From Eledone cirrhosa (lineage: Eukaryota): 64,000 bases of DNA. Location of the stretch: contig OZ024747.1 in NCBI GenBank assembly GCA_964016885.1, positions 61,566,001 to 61,630,000 on the forward strand. Reading direction: 5' to 3'. Positions 40,485 through 53,290 of this stretch are shown in pieces. Position 1 is the stretch's first letter, and each line of letters opens with the position of its first letter. The notes beneath the pieces are model-generated. The model was not told where the DNA came from. It searched no databases and saw only the letters and a list, made by a program, of their open reading frames with translations. The position numbers were made by a program, and so were the translations under genes.

Positions 40485-41105
40485 TAAGTGGAAGGTATGT
40501 AAACTCGAGCTGAAGGTATGTTGTAGACTCAAGCAGAAGCTATGTAGATTTGAGTTGAGGGTTTGTAGACTTGGGCAGAAGGATTGTAGTCTTGTGTAGA
40601 AGGTATGTAAATTTGAGTGGAAGCTATGTAGACTTGAGTAGAAGGTATGTAGTGTTGAGTAGAAGGTATGTAGACTTGAGCAGAAGGTATGTAGACTTGA
40701 GAAGAAGGTATGTAGACTTGAGCAGAAGGTATGTAGACTTGAGCAGAAGGTATGTAGACTTGAGCTGATGGTATGTAGATTTGAGCTGATGGTATGTAGA
40801 TTTGAGCTGATAGTGTGTAGATTTGAGTAGAGGGTTTTTAAATTTGAGTGGAAGGTATGTAGACTTGAGTGGAAGGTATATAGGCTTGAGTGGAAGGTAT
40901 GTAAACTTGAGCTGAAGCTATGCAGACTTGACTGAAAGATATGTAGACTGAAGCAAAAGATATCTACACTTGGGTGAAGGTTTGTACACTTGAGTGAAGG
41001 GTATATAGACATGAGTGGAAGGAATATAGATTAAACAGATGGTTTGTAGACTCAAGTAAAGGATTTGTAATCTTGACTGGAGGATTTGTAGACTTGAGTG
41101 GAGGG
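40485..41105. repeat. 21-bp minisatellite
   Basis: Unit gaaggtatgtagacttgag(c/t)(a/g); one inverted unit plus flank at 40255-40310. Confidence 0.9.
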
Positions 41106-41599
41106 CGTATAACCTCAAATGGGGGGTTTGTAAACAACAGTGGTAACTGGTTAACTCACAAACAAACTGTCAAAATCTTATTTTCTGTTTACCTTATCTT
41201 CCTGAACTGTGTTAGTTAACGAGACTTTGATTTTTATAACAGGTAAGAAAGAATGTGAACGGGGTGGGGCGTGGTGGAGTGTGAGCAATGGTCCTTGAAG
41301 GTGATTTCTCACAAATAAAGTGGTCTGAAAGGCTTTTTAGCTTTTAACTATATTATATTTAACAAAAGTTTGGTCATGTTGTTCAAGAGACATGGCAGAG
41401 GTTGTTGGTGAATGCATCAGTAGTTTCTTTGAAAAGCTTCCAAGTGATGGATTTTGGTGAATTGATGACTGCCTATGAAGAGGCTTGGCATTAACAGTCA
41501 CTGTTTGATCTCAGCTTTCACTTGCAACAGTTTCATACTAATGGATTTGTTAAGTCGAAATTTGTCAACTTGTGTTTCTTCAAACACAACAGTGAGTGT

Positions 41600-41945
41600 G
41601 TGAGTGTGTATTCCTACCAAGAGTGTGTCTATTCCTACAAGAGTGTGTGACTATTCCTTCCAAGAGTGAGTGTGTATTCCTACAAAAGTGTGTAAGTATT
41701 CCTACGAAAGAGTGAGTGTGTATTCCTACAAGAGTGTGTAAGTATTCCTACGCAAGAGTGAGTGTGTATTCCTACAAAAGTGTGTAAGTATTCCTACCAA
41801 GAGTGTCTGTGTATTCCTACACCAGAGTGTCTGTGTATTCCCACACCAGAGTGTCTGTATTCCTACACAAGAGTGTCTGTATTCCTACACAAGAGTGTCT
41901 GTATTTCTACACAAGAGTGTCAGTGTATTCATACACAAGAGTGTG
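41600..41945. repeat. about 20-22 bp minisatellite
   Basis: gtattcctac(a)caagagtgt units. Confidence 0.85.
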
Positions 41946-43324
41946 TGTGTGAGTATGTGCGTGTGAGTATATGTGTGTGAGTGTGTATGTGTGTATGAGG
42001 GTATATGTGAGTGTGTATGTGTGTGTGAGGGTATATGTGTGTGTGAGAGTATATGTGAGTGTGTATGTGTGTATGAGGGTATATGTGTCTATTAGTATGT
42101 GAGTGTGTATGTGTGTATGAGGGTATATGTGAGTGTATGTGTGTATGAGAGTATATGTGTCTATGAGTATGTGTGTGAGGGTATATGTGAGTGTATGTGT
42201 GTGTATGAGTATATGTGAGTGTGTGTAAATGTGTTTGTGTGTCTGTATTTGTGTGTGTGTATTTGTGTTTGTGTGTAAATGTATTTGTGTGTGTGTATTT
42301 GTGTTTGTGTGTAAATGTGTGTATGTATTTGTGTGTATTTGTGTTTGTGTGTAAATATGTGTGTGTGTGTGTATTTGTGTTTGTGTGTAAATGTATTTGT
42401 GTGTGTGTATTTGTGTTTGTGTGTAAATGTGTGTGTGTATTTGTGTTTGTGTAAATGTATTTGTGTGTATTTGTGTTTGTGTGTAAATATGTGTGTGTGT
42501 GTGTGTGTAAATGTGTGTGTGTATTTGTGTTTGTGTAAATGTAAAGTGTGTGGGTATGTGTAAATGTAAGTAATTATGTGTGTCTGTATATGTGTTTGTT
42601 TGTGTGTTTGTGTGTGTGTGCATGTGTAAATGTAAGTGTTTGTATGTGTGTAATTGTGAGTGTTTGTATGTGTGTAAATGTAAGTGCTTGCTTGCACGTG
42701 TGTGTGTGTGTAAGCATGTGTGGTATTTACCCCAAAATAAACTCTCTGCTCACTTTCAGCAACTGTCAACAACATAACAAATGTAACTACTCAAAGTCTA
42801 ACAAGCTTTCTATTTACATTGTATGTATATGCCTCAGTGAATGTCATTGTCTTGTTAGTGTGAGACAGACAGACAGACAGTTAAACAGACACACAGACAG
42901 TGTTCATATCTGCATGACTACTGCCTTCAATGCATATATACTTCATTCATACCAATACAATTTAGTGTATGCATGTGCATTCATAGTTACATCCACATCT
43001 ACCCATCACATCAACAATATCCTAACTAATACCATTTTCCATGATGGCATAGGGTGAATAGGTTAGTCAGATGGCATATCATGACTGTTGTACAGTGAGT
43101 GATGGATATATTATGTATTTACATTATATATAGAGAGAGACATGTTTTGTTATTGTCTACAGCAATAGACTAATAGATATATAGTTTGGACAATGGTAGT
43201 GGTGGTCAGCTACTCACTCCCTTTCTCTCATAGTCCACCACAGAATTCTCAGATAAATAAATAAATATACTTATGTGTGTGTGTGTGTGTAAATATATAT
43301 AAATATATATATATATAAAAGTAA

Positions 43325-43361
<37 letters not shown>

Positions 43362-43586
43362 CACACACACACACATATATATGTGTGTATATATATATAT
43401 ATATAAAAGACAGTATAAAGAGGAAAATACACAAAGACGTATGTGTTCAATTAAAGGGGATATAATACCACCAGAGTGAAAAATATATTGTCTACGAAAG
43501 GGATGGTGAATATATATATATCAATTAAACGAATATATTAAAATCTACACACTAACTGTGAGTCTTTGACTCTGTTTTTTAATTTG

Positions 43587-43633
<47 letters not shown>

Positions 43634-43701
43634 TAGGTATAAACCCAACCGTGACGCTAAGTGGTTTCATACTGTGTATTCAGTAAGTCTCTCTCTCTCT
43701 C

Positions 43702-43744
<43 letters not shown>

Positions 43745-43745
43745 T

Positions 43746-43965
43746 ATATAGACAAGAAAACACAAAAAGGTATGTTTTCAATTACAGGGGTAAAGAACCA
43801 CTAGAGTGAAAAACATAGAGGACTACGAAAGGAAGGAAAATACATTTACTCTTTTAATTAAAATGTATTTTCCTTCCTTTCGTAGCCCTCTATGTTTTTC
43901 ACTCTAGTGGTTCTTTACCCCCTGTAATAGAAAACATAATTTTTTGTGTTTCCTTCTCTATATAG
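43746..43965. repeat. about 100-bp-arm palindrome in TA context
   Basis: 43748-43848 is the reverse complement of 43862-43963; a diverged single arm lies at 43405-43510. Confidence 0.8.
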
Positions 43966-44034
43966 TGTATTATGAAGAGCCCAGTACCTATTCCTTGAAC
44001 TCATTAAATTACAGGGATTTGAACTCAAACCATA

Positions 44035-44165
44035 CAACCCTTTATGGTCTGAGTTCAAATCCTGCCGAGGTTAACTTTGCCTTTCATCCTTAAAGGGTCG
44101 ATAAAATAAAGTACCAGTAATGTACTGGGTAATTGCTGGCCTTGTGCCAAAAGTAGAAACAATTA
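44035..44165 (+). mobile_element. SINE family 3, 3' part
   Basis: ctttgcctttcatccttaaagggtcgataaaat. Confidence 0.75.
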
Positions 44166-44256
44166 AATTACAGGGGTTTAACACGAGTTTTTAACTATGT
44201 TTTTTTATAATTTGATATATATATAGAGAGATGTATATATACAAGATGTATATATA

Positions 44257-44355
44257 CAGGGTGTCCCCCCAAAATGTATACACACTTCAACAGCATTCTA
44301 ATAAATATTGCTTGTACAAGTAATCAAAGTGTGTATACATTTTTGGAACACCCTG
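44257..44355. mobile_element. Tc1/mariner-like MITE with TA target duplication
   Basis: TA-CAGGGTGT..CCAAAATGTATACACACTT...AAGTGTGTATACATTTTGG..ACACCCTG-TA. Confidence 0.8.
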
Positions 44356-44457
44356 TATATATATATATATGTATATATATATAAAGAATTTTGTTTTTAA
44401 ATATAAAAACTGGAAAGAAGTGGTGAAGTTAAAACACCTCAAAATACAGTAATTTAT

Positions 44458-44650
44458 TATAATTGTTTCTACTATTGGCACAAGGCCAACAATTACCCAG
44501 TACATTACTGGTACTTTATTTTATCGACCCCGTAAGGATGAAAGGCAAAGTTGACCTCGGTGGGATTTGAATTCAGAATGGAAAGGGCCGTAATTCTATG
44601 CGTCAAAGCATGACGTCCGACCCTCTACCGATACTGCCAATCCACCGCCA
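44458..44650 (-). mobile_element. SINE family 3, full length
   Basis: Head and tail both present. Confidence 0.8.
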
Positions 44651-44704
44651 TTTATTATAATAAACTATAAATAAGGCTATGTATCATACTTGTATCAGTA
44701 AATA

Positions 44705-45415
44705 CTTGGTGCTTTTTGTCGTGACCCCTACACAACCACTTTACAGTGTGGGCTGAGTACTTTTTGTTGTGACCCCTACACAACCACTTTACAGTGTGGG
44801 CTGAGTACTTTTTGTCGTGACCCCTACGCAACCACTTTACAGTGTGGGCTGAGTACTTTTTGTCGTGACCCCTACACAACCACTTTACAGTGTGGGCTGA
44901 GTACTTTTTGTCGTGACCCCTACACAACCACTTTACAGTGTGGGCTGAGTACTTTTTGTTGTGATTCCTACACGACCAGTTTACAGTGTGGGCTGGAGTG
45001 AATGAGTGGGTGGGGTAGTGTATGCTATATATATACTTCAGCTTTGGTCTGTGCCGATGGGAAGTTGGGTCTTCTGTATTACTGCATAGCACCAGAGATC
45101 TTGGTCCTGTGTCATCACCTTTGAGAGATGCAATTGGGCAAGTTTCAGCTTTTATCACCTCCTCCCAAGTCTTCCTGTGTCTCCCCATTCCAAGGCTTTC
45201 ACTGACTTTGAGCACTCTGAACCTTTTTATACAGCTGTCATCCTTCATATGCATCACATGTCCAAACCAATGCAATCTCCTCTCCTGCACACTGCATCTG
45301 ATCTCTCTTATGCCTAGTTTCTCTCTCAGTTCATTTATGCTTTGCTGTTCACGTATATTACTATTACACATCCATCGAAGCATGCAAGCTTCATTTCTTT
45401 CCAATCTACGCAAGT
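44705..45415 (-). mobile_element. RTE 3' fragment whose UTR module is amplified as a 48-bp tandem array (44712-44995)
   Basis: RRLERNEACMLRW...RRLHWFGHVM, then about 6 copies of tttttgtcgtgacccctacacaaccactttacagtgtgggctgagtac. Confidence 0.85.
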
Positions 45416-45568
45416 CTTATATAGTCTATATATATATACACACACACACACATATATATATGTATGTGTGTGTGTGTGCATTATGAATTATTGAAGTGCT
45501 GGGACTATTTGAAATTTGAAAATGTGAGAATCTTAAATGCAGAAAATATATATATATGGGTGTGTGTA

Positions 45569-45600
<32 letters not shown>

Positions 45601-45607
<7 letters not shown>

Positions 45608-45952
45608 AAAAAGGGATGAAATCGAAAATGCAACTGAAGTCTTATTTTTTTAAAAAATATATATATTTATTTGGTTCCTTTACCGGTTTCGCAGTTCTTC
45701 TGCTTTTCAAAAGTAGAGTTGAGATGGAGGGTCTGTGGTTTTTCTCACAGTGAGAAAACCCACAGACCCTCCATCTCAACTCACCTTTTGAAAAGCAGAA
45801 GAACTGCGAAACCGGTAAAGGAACCAAATAAATATATATATTTTTTAAAAAAATAAGACTTCAGTTGCATTTTCGATTTCATCCCTTTTTCTTTATACTT
45901 CCACTCGTGTAGGACACCTCGGTTATTTTTCATTTTGTAAAAAAAACCTCAC

Positions 45953-45960
<8 letters not shown>
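45601..45960. mobile_element. fold-back element (HHR family C), copy 2, opposite orientation
   Basis: Arms 45601-45748 / 45750-45898 plus a 62-bp extension; flanked by (TA)n. Confidence 0.85.
45784..45821 (+). ncRNA. variant minimal hammerhead motif (U3-A8 core)
   Basis: CCTT-TTGAAAA-GCAG aagaa CTGC-GAAA-CCGG-TA-AAGG; mirror copy at 45677-45714 (-). Confidence 0.6.
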
Positions 45961-45991
<31 letters not shown>

Positions 45992-46087
45992 TGCCCCAGC
46001 ATGGCCTCAAGCTTTTGGCTGGAACGCATGATAGAGTAATATATAGAGTGTCAAAGCCTGACAGCTAGCTCTTATTATGAATGACCC

Positions 46088-46124
<37 letters not shown>

Positions 46125-46399
46125 CACTTAACACCTATTTGTAATATTGGTATGAAATGAAATAAAACAAAATATTGTGAAATAAATATTCCTGTAATGT
46201 AGAGTCTCTTATACTGAATTTCTGTGGAGTTTTGTACACCATTTCTTTTTTATAACCTGTTATGTTGTTCAAGCCATTGAAATATAAACTGACAATTATA
46301 TATGGTAATACCAATTATTTAACTTCTTTTATTTCATGATTAACCTCAACATTACAATCTTTATATATCTATATACCATCTACTCATGGACATACAACT

Positions 46400-46832
46400 G
46401 CATCAGCATCATCATCATCATCATCATTGTTTAACGGCTATTTTCCACGCTAGCATGGGTTAGACAGGTTCTCCCATTAGAAGCACGTCAGGTCAGGTGA
46501 CCATGTCTTACTCATATAGAACTGTTTCTGGGTAGGTTTCTATGGCTGGATGCCCTTCCTAACACCAACCACATTTACAGAGTGGGCTGGGTGTTTTTTG
46601 TTGTGACACCTACACAACCACATTTACAGTGTGTGCTGGGTGCTTTTTGTTGTGACACCTACACAACCACATTTACAGTGTGGGCTGGGTGCTTTTTGTT
46701 GTGACACCTACATGACCACTTTACAGTGTGTGCTGAGTATTTTTTGTTGTGACACCTACATGACCACTTTACAGTGTGTGCTGGATGTTTTGTTATGACA
46801 CCTACATGACCACTTTATAGTGTGGACTGGAT
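46400..46832 (-). mobile_element. RTE/SINE 3' module with about 48-bp tandem amplification
   Basis: (CAT)n tail, ggatgcccttcctaacacc, repeated ttacagtgtg...gtgacacctac. Confidence 0.75.
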
Positions 46833-46859
46833 ATACCATCTACTCCCCTTTATATACCA

Positions 46860-47595
46860 ATAGACCATGTAGTCATAGAAATATAACTTCCTCTTGATAT
46901 ATCTACATATACCATGTAGTCATGGAGATATATTATCCTCTTTATATACCAATATACCATGTAGCCATGGAGATATTACTTCCTCTTTATATATCTATAT
47001 ACCATGTAGCCATGGAGATATAACTTCCTCTTTATTTACCAATATACCATGAAGTCATAGAGATATAACTTCCTCTTTATAAACCATCTAGTCATGGAGA
47101 TATAACTTCCTCTTTATATACCAATATACCATGCACCCATGGAGATATACCATGTAGTAATGGAGGTATACCAAGTAGTCATGGAGATATAACTTGCCCT
47201 TTATATACCAATATACTATCTAGTCATGGAGATATAACTTCCTCTTGATATATCTATATGCCATGTAGCCATGGAGATATAACTTCCTCCTTATACCAAT
47301 ATACTATGTAGTCACGGAGATATAACTTCCTATTTATATACCAATATATACCATGTAGTCATGGAGATATAACTTCATATTTATATACCGATGTATACCA
47401 TGTAGTCATGGAGATATTACTTCCTATTTATATAGCAATATATACCATGTAGTCATGGAGATATAACTTCCTATTTATATACCGATATATACCATGTAGT
47501 CATGGAGATATTACTTCCTATTTATATAGCAATATATACCATGTAGTCATGGAGATATAACTTCCTATTTATATACCAATATATACCATGTATAT
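46860..47595. repeat. 45-47 bp minisatellite
   Basis: ccatgtagtcatggagatataacttcc; period 47 at 47351, 47398, 47445, 47492, 47539. Confidence 0.9.
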
Positions 47596-47694
47596 ACCAG
47601 TGTAGTTTATACAGTTTGGTATCAAAATGGTTAAAGCAAAAGAAAAACAGAATCATTGGACACTGTGAAGAAAAAAGTAGGGGGTGGTCGTAAT

Positions 47695-47996
47695 CAGGGC
47701 TGGATATAATGGTGGGCAAGGGGGGCAATTGCCCCAGTCCCACTGTAGTGGGGAGACCCTACCAGCGATGGCTGTAGCAATTTATTTGTGCCCTCAGCTG
47801 GGCTTTTTAGTTTTAGGATGGTTAGAATTTTTGAATCTAATACCTGTATGTATAACTTGTAAATTCCAATTACTTGCACCAAGCTTACTTTGATATGTAA
47901 AATTGGGGGGTTTGTTGTGTATTCTATTTTTTTGTGTAGGAGGGGCCCCCTAGACCTAAAGTGCCCTGAGCCCCCAAAGGTCTAAATCCAACACTG
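47695..47996. mobile_element. hAT-like MITE with 8-bp target duplication
   Basis: TIRs CAGGGCTGGATATA / TAAATCCAACACTG; flanks GTCGTAAT / GTCATAAT. Confidence 0.75.
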
Positions 47997-48651
47997 GTCA
48001 TAATTTGAATCATTTTGAACCTCAGTTTGGTTGACCAGAGATGACCTGGGGTTAAACAACAACTTCACCTCACTCCATCTCTCCCTCCTTTATATGTTTA
48101 TGTAGTCCATAGTTCTTCCTCTGTCCCTGCCACCCCTCTCCCTTTCCATACTTTATCCTGCTATAATCTTTCTCCACCTTTCACCATTACCCTCTCTCTC
48201 TCTCTCTCTCTCTCACTGGTGACACCTCTTCCTTTTCCACCATGTCCCACACCACCACCACCACCACCATTGCCACTACAGCCATACCACCACCAACACC
48301 ACCAACACCACCACCACAGCCGCCACCACCACAGCCACCGCCACCACCACCACTACCACCACCACCACCCACCACCACAGCCACCACCACCACCCACCAC
48401 CACCACCCACCACCACCACCACCCACCACCACCACAGCCGCCACCACCACCACCACCACAACAGCCGCCACCACCACCACCACCACCACAGCCACCACAG
48501 TTCTACATTGACATCAGTACAATGTACTAGGTCCATCTACCTGAGTGTACACAAGTTTAGAGAAATATGAAATAGTTGAAAACAAAAAACAGACACCATA
48601 CACACACAAACATACACAAACATATATATATATATATATACACAGATACAA

Positions 48652-48686
<35 letters not shown>

Positions 48687-48998
48687 CACACATATATATA
48701 TATATACAGACACAAACATATATATATATACAGACACAAACATATATATATATACAGACACAAACATATATATATATATGTACATACACAAACATATATA
48801 TATATACACAAACATATTAATATATATATATATATACAGACACAAACATATATTCATGCAATGACATATATATATATATATATACACACAAACATATATT
48901 CATGCAATCACAGTAATATGAATATCACAATCACTTATGCAATCTAATATGTTTGTATGTAAGTCTATATATATACACAAACATGTACAACATATTCC

Positions 48999-49039
<41 letters not shown>

Positions 49040-49096
49040 AACATGTACATATTCCATTTATATATATATATATACACACAAACATGTACATATTCC

Positions 49097-49131
<35 letters not shown>

Positions 49132-49304
49132 AGCATGGAAGAGCGGATGTAAAAAAAACGATGATGATGATATATATATAAATATATATTTAAACACACA
49201 AACACACATTTATTAACAAAAATCATTCAAGTATTGAAAAGTTCATTCATGTATATCAGTTGTGTGTGTGTAAATATAGATGTATGCCATGAATGTAGGT
49301 GTTC

Positions 49305-49438
<134 letters not shown>

Positions 49439-49454
49439 GTGTGCATGTATGTAC

Positions 49455-49486
<32 letters not shown>

Positions 49487-49526
49487 ATGTATGTACATAT
49501 ATATATATATGTGCATGTATGTACAT

Positions 49527-49558
<32 letters not shown>

Positions 49559-49783
49559 GTGCATGTATGTACATATATATATATATGTGTGCATGTATGT
49601 ACATATATATATATATATGCATGTATGTACATATATATATATGTGCATGTATGTACACATATATATATATATATGCATGTATGCACATATATATATATAT
49701 ATATATATAATGCATATATATATATTCATGTATGTACACACACATATATATATATATATATATATGCATGTATGTACAAACAC

Positions 49784-49814
<31 letters not shown>

Positions 49815-49854
49815 TACATGCATATATAAATATATATATATATATATGTGTGTG

Positions 49855-49898
<44 letters not shown>

Positions 49899-49908
49899 TG
49901 TGTACATA

Positions 49909-49948
<40 letters not shown>

Positions 49949-50077
49949 TTATGTAGATAGTCTTACATTTTACATTTACTTGCAGTTTCTCTTCGCTTGG
50001 TTTCCAATAACAACACAGTATTTGGGGAACAAGAAAACGAAGAAGAAGAAGAACAACAACAACAACAACAACAACAA

Positions 50078-50110
<33 letters not shown>

Positions 50111-50307
50111 TTTGATATACAAACATAAATGACATTTGGAATCGATTTGATTAGATGATTAATGGCAAGAAAGCTAGGGAAATATGGAAAAAAAACATCA
50201 CAATATATATAATAATGATACTAACAACAACTTTTATTGGCCACAAGGTCCAAAGTCGTTGGAAAGAGAATAAAGTGGTAACAGGAGGACTAATATCGAC
50301 AATAACA

Positions 50308-50740
50308 ATAATTGTTTTTACTTTAGGCACAAGGCCAGCAATTACCCAGTGTATTACTGGTACTTTATTTTATCGACCCCGTAAGGATGAAAGGCAAAGT
50401 TAACCTCGGCGGGATTTTATAATATCACATAATTGTTTTTACTTTAGGCACAAGGCCAGCAATTACCCCAGTGTATTACTGGTACTTTATTTTATCGACC
50501 CCGTAAGGATGAAAGGCAAAGTTAACCTCGGCGGGATTTTATAATATCACATAATTGTTTTTACTTTTGGCACAAGGCCAGCACACACCCAGTGTATTAC
50601 TGGTACTTTATTTTATCGACCCCGTAAGGATGAAAGGCAAACTTAACCTCGGCGGGATTTGAACTCCGATCATAAAGGGAGGTAACTCTATGCTTCAAAG
50701 CATGGCGCCCGACCCTCTACCGATACTGCCAATCCACCAA
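50308..50740 (-). mobile_element. SINE family 3 with triplicated 3' half
   Basis: An approximately 121-bp unit aattgtttttacttt...cctcggcgggattt occurs three times. Confidence 0.85.
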
Positions 50741-51111
50741 CAATAATAACAATAATAACAATAATAATAATAACAATATTAATAGTGATGATGATGATGA
50801 TGATAATTGAAATAAAAAATAAATTTTTATGTTATTTAATTTTATCACTGAGTGGAACTTGATTTATCATACATTTCATACAATATATACATTTGAGTGT
50901 ATATATATAAATATATATAGATGCATTTGTGTGTATAAGAGTACACACTAAAGTAGTTATGAGTATATGTTTGAGTGTGTGTGCATTTGTAAAGGTACTC
51001 AATGTGTTATTAGAGAAGAAACATATCTATTTTATATTGAAATTACTTCGATTTCATATGAATGAAACAGTTCTAGCCCTGTGGAAGTCATTTTCATATG
51101 AAATATATATA

Positions 51112-51465
51112 TCATCATCATCAACGTTTAACGTCCATGTTCCACACTTGCATGGGTTTGGACGGGGGTATTCCCACTTGAGGCAAGAGTGATTGTCTTG
51201 CTCGCATAGGACTGTCTGGCAGGTTTTCTACAGTTGGATGCCCTTCCTAACACCAACCACATTTACAGTGTGGGTCTGGGAGGTTTTTACCGTGTTGCCT
51301 ACACGGCCACATTACAGCGTGGACTGTGTGTTTTTTTGTCGTGACACCTACACGATCTCATTTGTTTCGGCCTGGATGGTGTGGCACCAACATAACTTTA
51401 CATAGGAGGGGGTGGGGGGGGTGTATTTTGTTAGAGATGCCTACTGGCTGTAGTAGGTTTTACTA
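51112..51465 (-). mobile_element. RTE long 3' UTR, solo
   Basis: Near-identical to 3955-4300. Confidence 0.85.
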
Positions 51466-51680
51466 TGTATTATATATATATATATATATATATCATCATC
51501 ATCATCATCATAATTTTTAATGTTCACTTTCCACACTAGCATGGGTTAGACGGGTTGTCCCATTTGAGGCAAGTTGTGTCAGGTGACCATGTCTTGATCA
51601 TATAGAATTGTTTGTTTCTGGATGGATTTCTATAACTGGATGTCCTTCCTAACACCAACCTATAAATATATATATATATA

Positions 51681-52046
51681 TACAATATATTAATAAATGG
51701 AAACTATTTATAAAACCATATTTATTTTATTATATATATTTCAAGGGCAACCAAGGCAAATTATGGTGCGCTTTCATCAGATAAAATACAGATTTGTTTT
51801 ATAAATAAATATTGATGTACCTGGAAAAAAGACATCCTTAATGGTTGGAGCTTCCTGGATAGTGGAGATAATATTTTATTGAGGGTAATACAAAGTTATG
51901 AGTGAGTATGCAAATGAGTGTTTGAAAAGTTGAAAAAATAACAGTTTATTTAAATTAAACTGTTGGAAGAAGAGGATGTTGAGTGCTTTATATCAGTTAT
52001 AAAAATGTTTAAGCTTGTTGAATCCCAACAAATTAAATATAACCTC

Positions 52047-52050
<4 letters not shown>
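51681..52050. mobile_element. family A PLE remnant with inverted end organisation
   Basis: Left part is homologous to 6005-6150; right end 51980-52050 is homologous to 7381-7447; flanked by (TA)n. Confidence 0.7.
51723..51788 (-). ncRNA. type I hammerhead ribozyme (family A)
   Basis: TATTTTAT-CTGATGA-AAG c GCA CCA...TGG t TGC c CTT-GAAA-TATATA-TA-ATAAAATA; perfect 8-bp stem I. Confidence 0.8.
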
Positions 52051-52082
<32 letters not shown>

Positions 52083-52091
<9 letters not shown>

Positions 52092-52311
52092 TAAAATAAC
52101 AGATTAAAGTTTAAGCAAAGAATCGCTGCTTTCACCCTTAACGGGATGTTCTGAAACTCAGTTCTCATGAGTTTCAGAAGATCCCGTTAAGGGTGAAAGC
52201 AGCGATTCTTTGCTCAAACTTTAATCTGTTATTTTAATAAATATTTGCTCTACGGTTATATTTATCCTTATCGACCCCTCTTTGGATTTTAGTCTTGAAA
52301 TTTATTATTAT

Positions 52312-52316
<5 letters not shown>
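52083..52316. mobile_element. fold-back element (HHR family E)
   Basis: Arms about 52083-52160 / 52168-52245, with a 70-bp extension into (TA)n. Confidence 0.8.
52169..52221 (+). ncRNA. variant hammerhead motif (A at position 4)
   Basis: GAGTTT-CAGAAGA-tCCC gttaa GGGt-GAAA-GCA...TGC-TC-AAACTT. Confidence 0.6.
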
Positions 52317-52359
<43 letters not shown>

Positions 52360-52363
<4 letters not shown>

Positions 52364-52530
52364 ATTGTTTCTACTTTTGGCACAAGGTCAGCAATTATCT
52401 CAGTGGATTACTGGTACTTTATTTTATCGAGTCTGTAATCGGCGGGATTTAAACTCAGAACATAAAGGGCCATAACTCTATGCTGGAAAGCATGGCGTCC
52501 AACCCTCTACTGATACTGTCAATCCACCAT
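52360..52530 (-). mobile_element. SINE family 3 with internal deletion
   Basis: Tail and head present. Confidence 0.7.
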
Positions 52531-52939
52531 AATAATATTGAAACAAAGTCATCGAAAGAACCAGTGTATCTCCGATCATTCTGTCATTCACTCAATGTTT
52601 TAATTAAGCCAACATCACTAGGATACCACTTTAGTCTTGAGTCCTGTGAGACAACCTCTTTAGTGCTGGTGGCATGAAAATGCTCCCAATCCACACTGTA
52701 ATGTGGTTGGTGAAAAAAAAAAAAACATGCCAGCATTATGGAAAGCACAATATATAAGATTCACACTAATTGCATATACAAAGCTAACACTGGTCATGTT
52801 AGTGCTGTGCACAGTAGTGGAATGACTAGAGTAACAATGTGCAAGAAACCCTCAACCCTCATCAAGCAATCGCACAGTCTTTTTCTCTTCCAGGTACATA
52901 GAACTGCTGCTCAAGGAATTAACCACTGCCAAGTTACAC

Positions 52940-53290
52940 ATCTCAGGATTACTACTCTCAATGTTGGCACCCTAAAAGGTAAATCAAGTGAAATTGTGGA
53001 GCTGTTAGAAAGGAGATGAGTGGATGTATGCTGTGTACAAGAGGTGAGAGGGAGTTGTGCCTCAGCAAGACTATTCACAGGCAAACAACATAGATACAAA
53101 CTTTTCTGGATAAGAAATGATTATAGGATAGGCATTCTACTAGCTGAGAAATGGTTAGAAAAGGTGATACAGGTAATTAGAGTAAGTGATTGAATCATCA
53201 AGCTTAGAATTTCTGTAGGAAATAGAATGGTGACAATTACATCTACATATGCACCACAAGAACAAAAGGACCAGTTCTATGAGGAACCTT
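52940..53290 (+). pseudogene. RTE AP-endonuclease N-terminal fragment
   Basis: LRITTLNVGTL...VDVCCVQEVR...GILLAEKW...TYAPQ...KDQFYEE, with in-frame stops. Confidence 0.85.
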
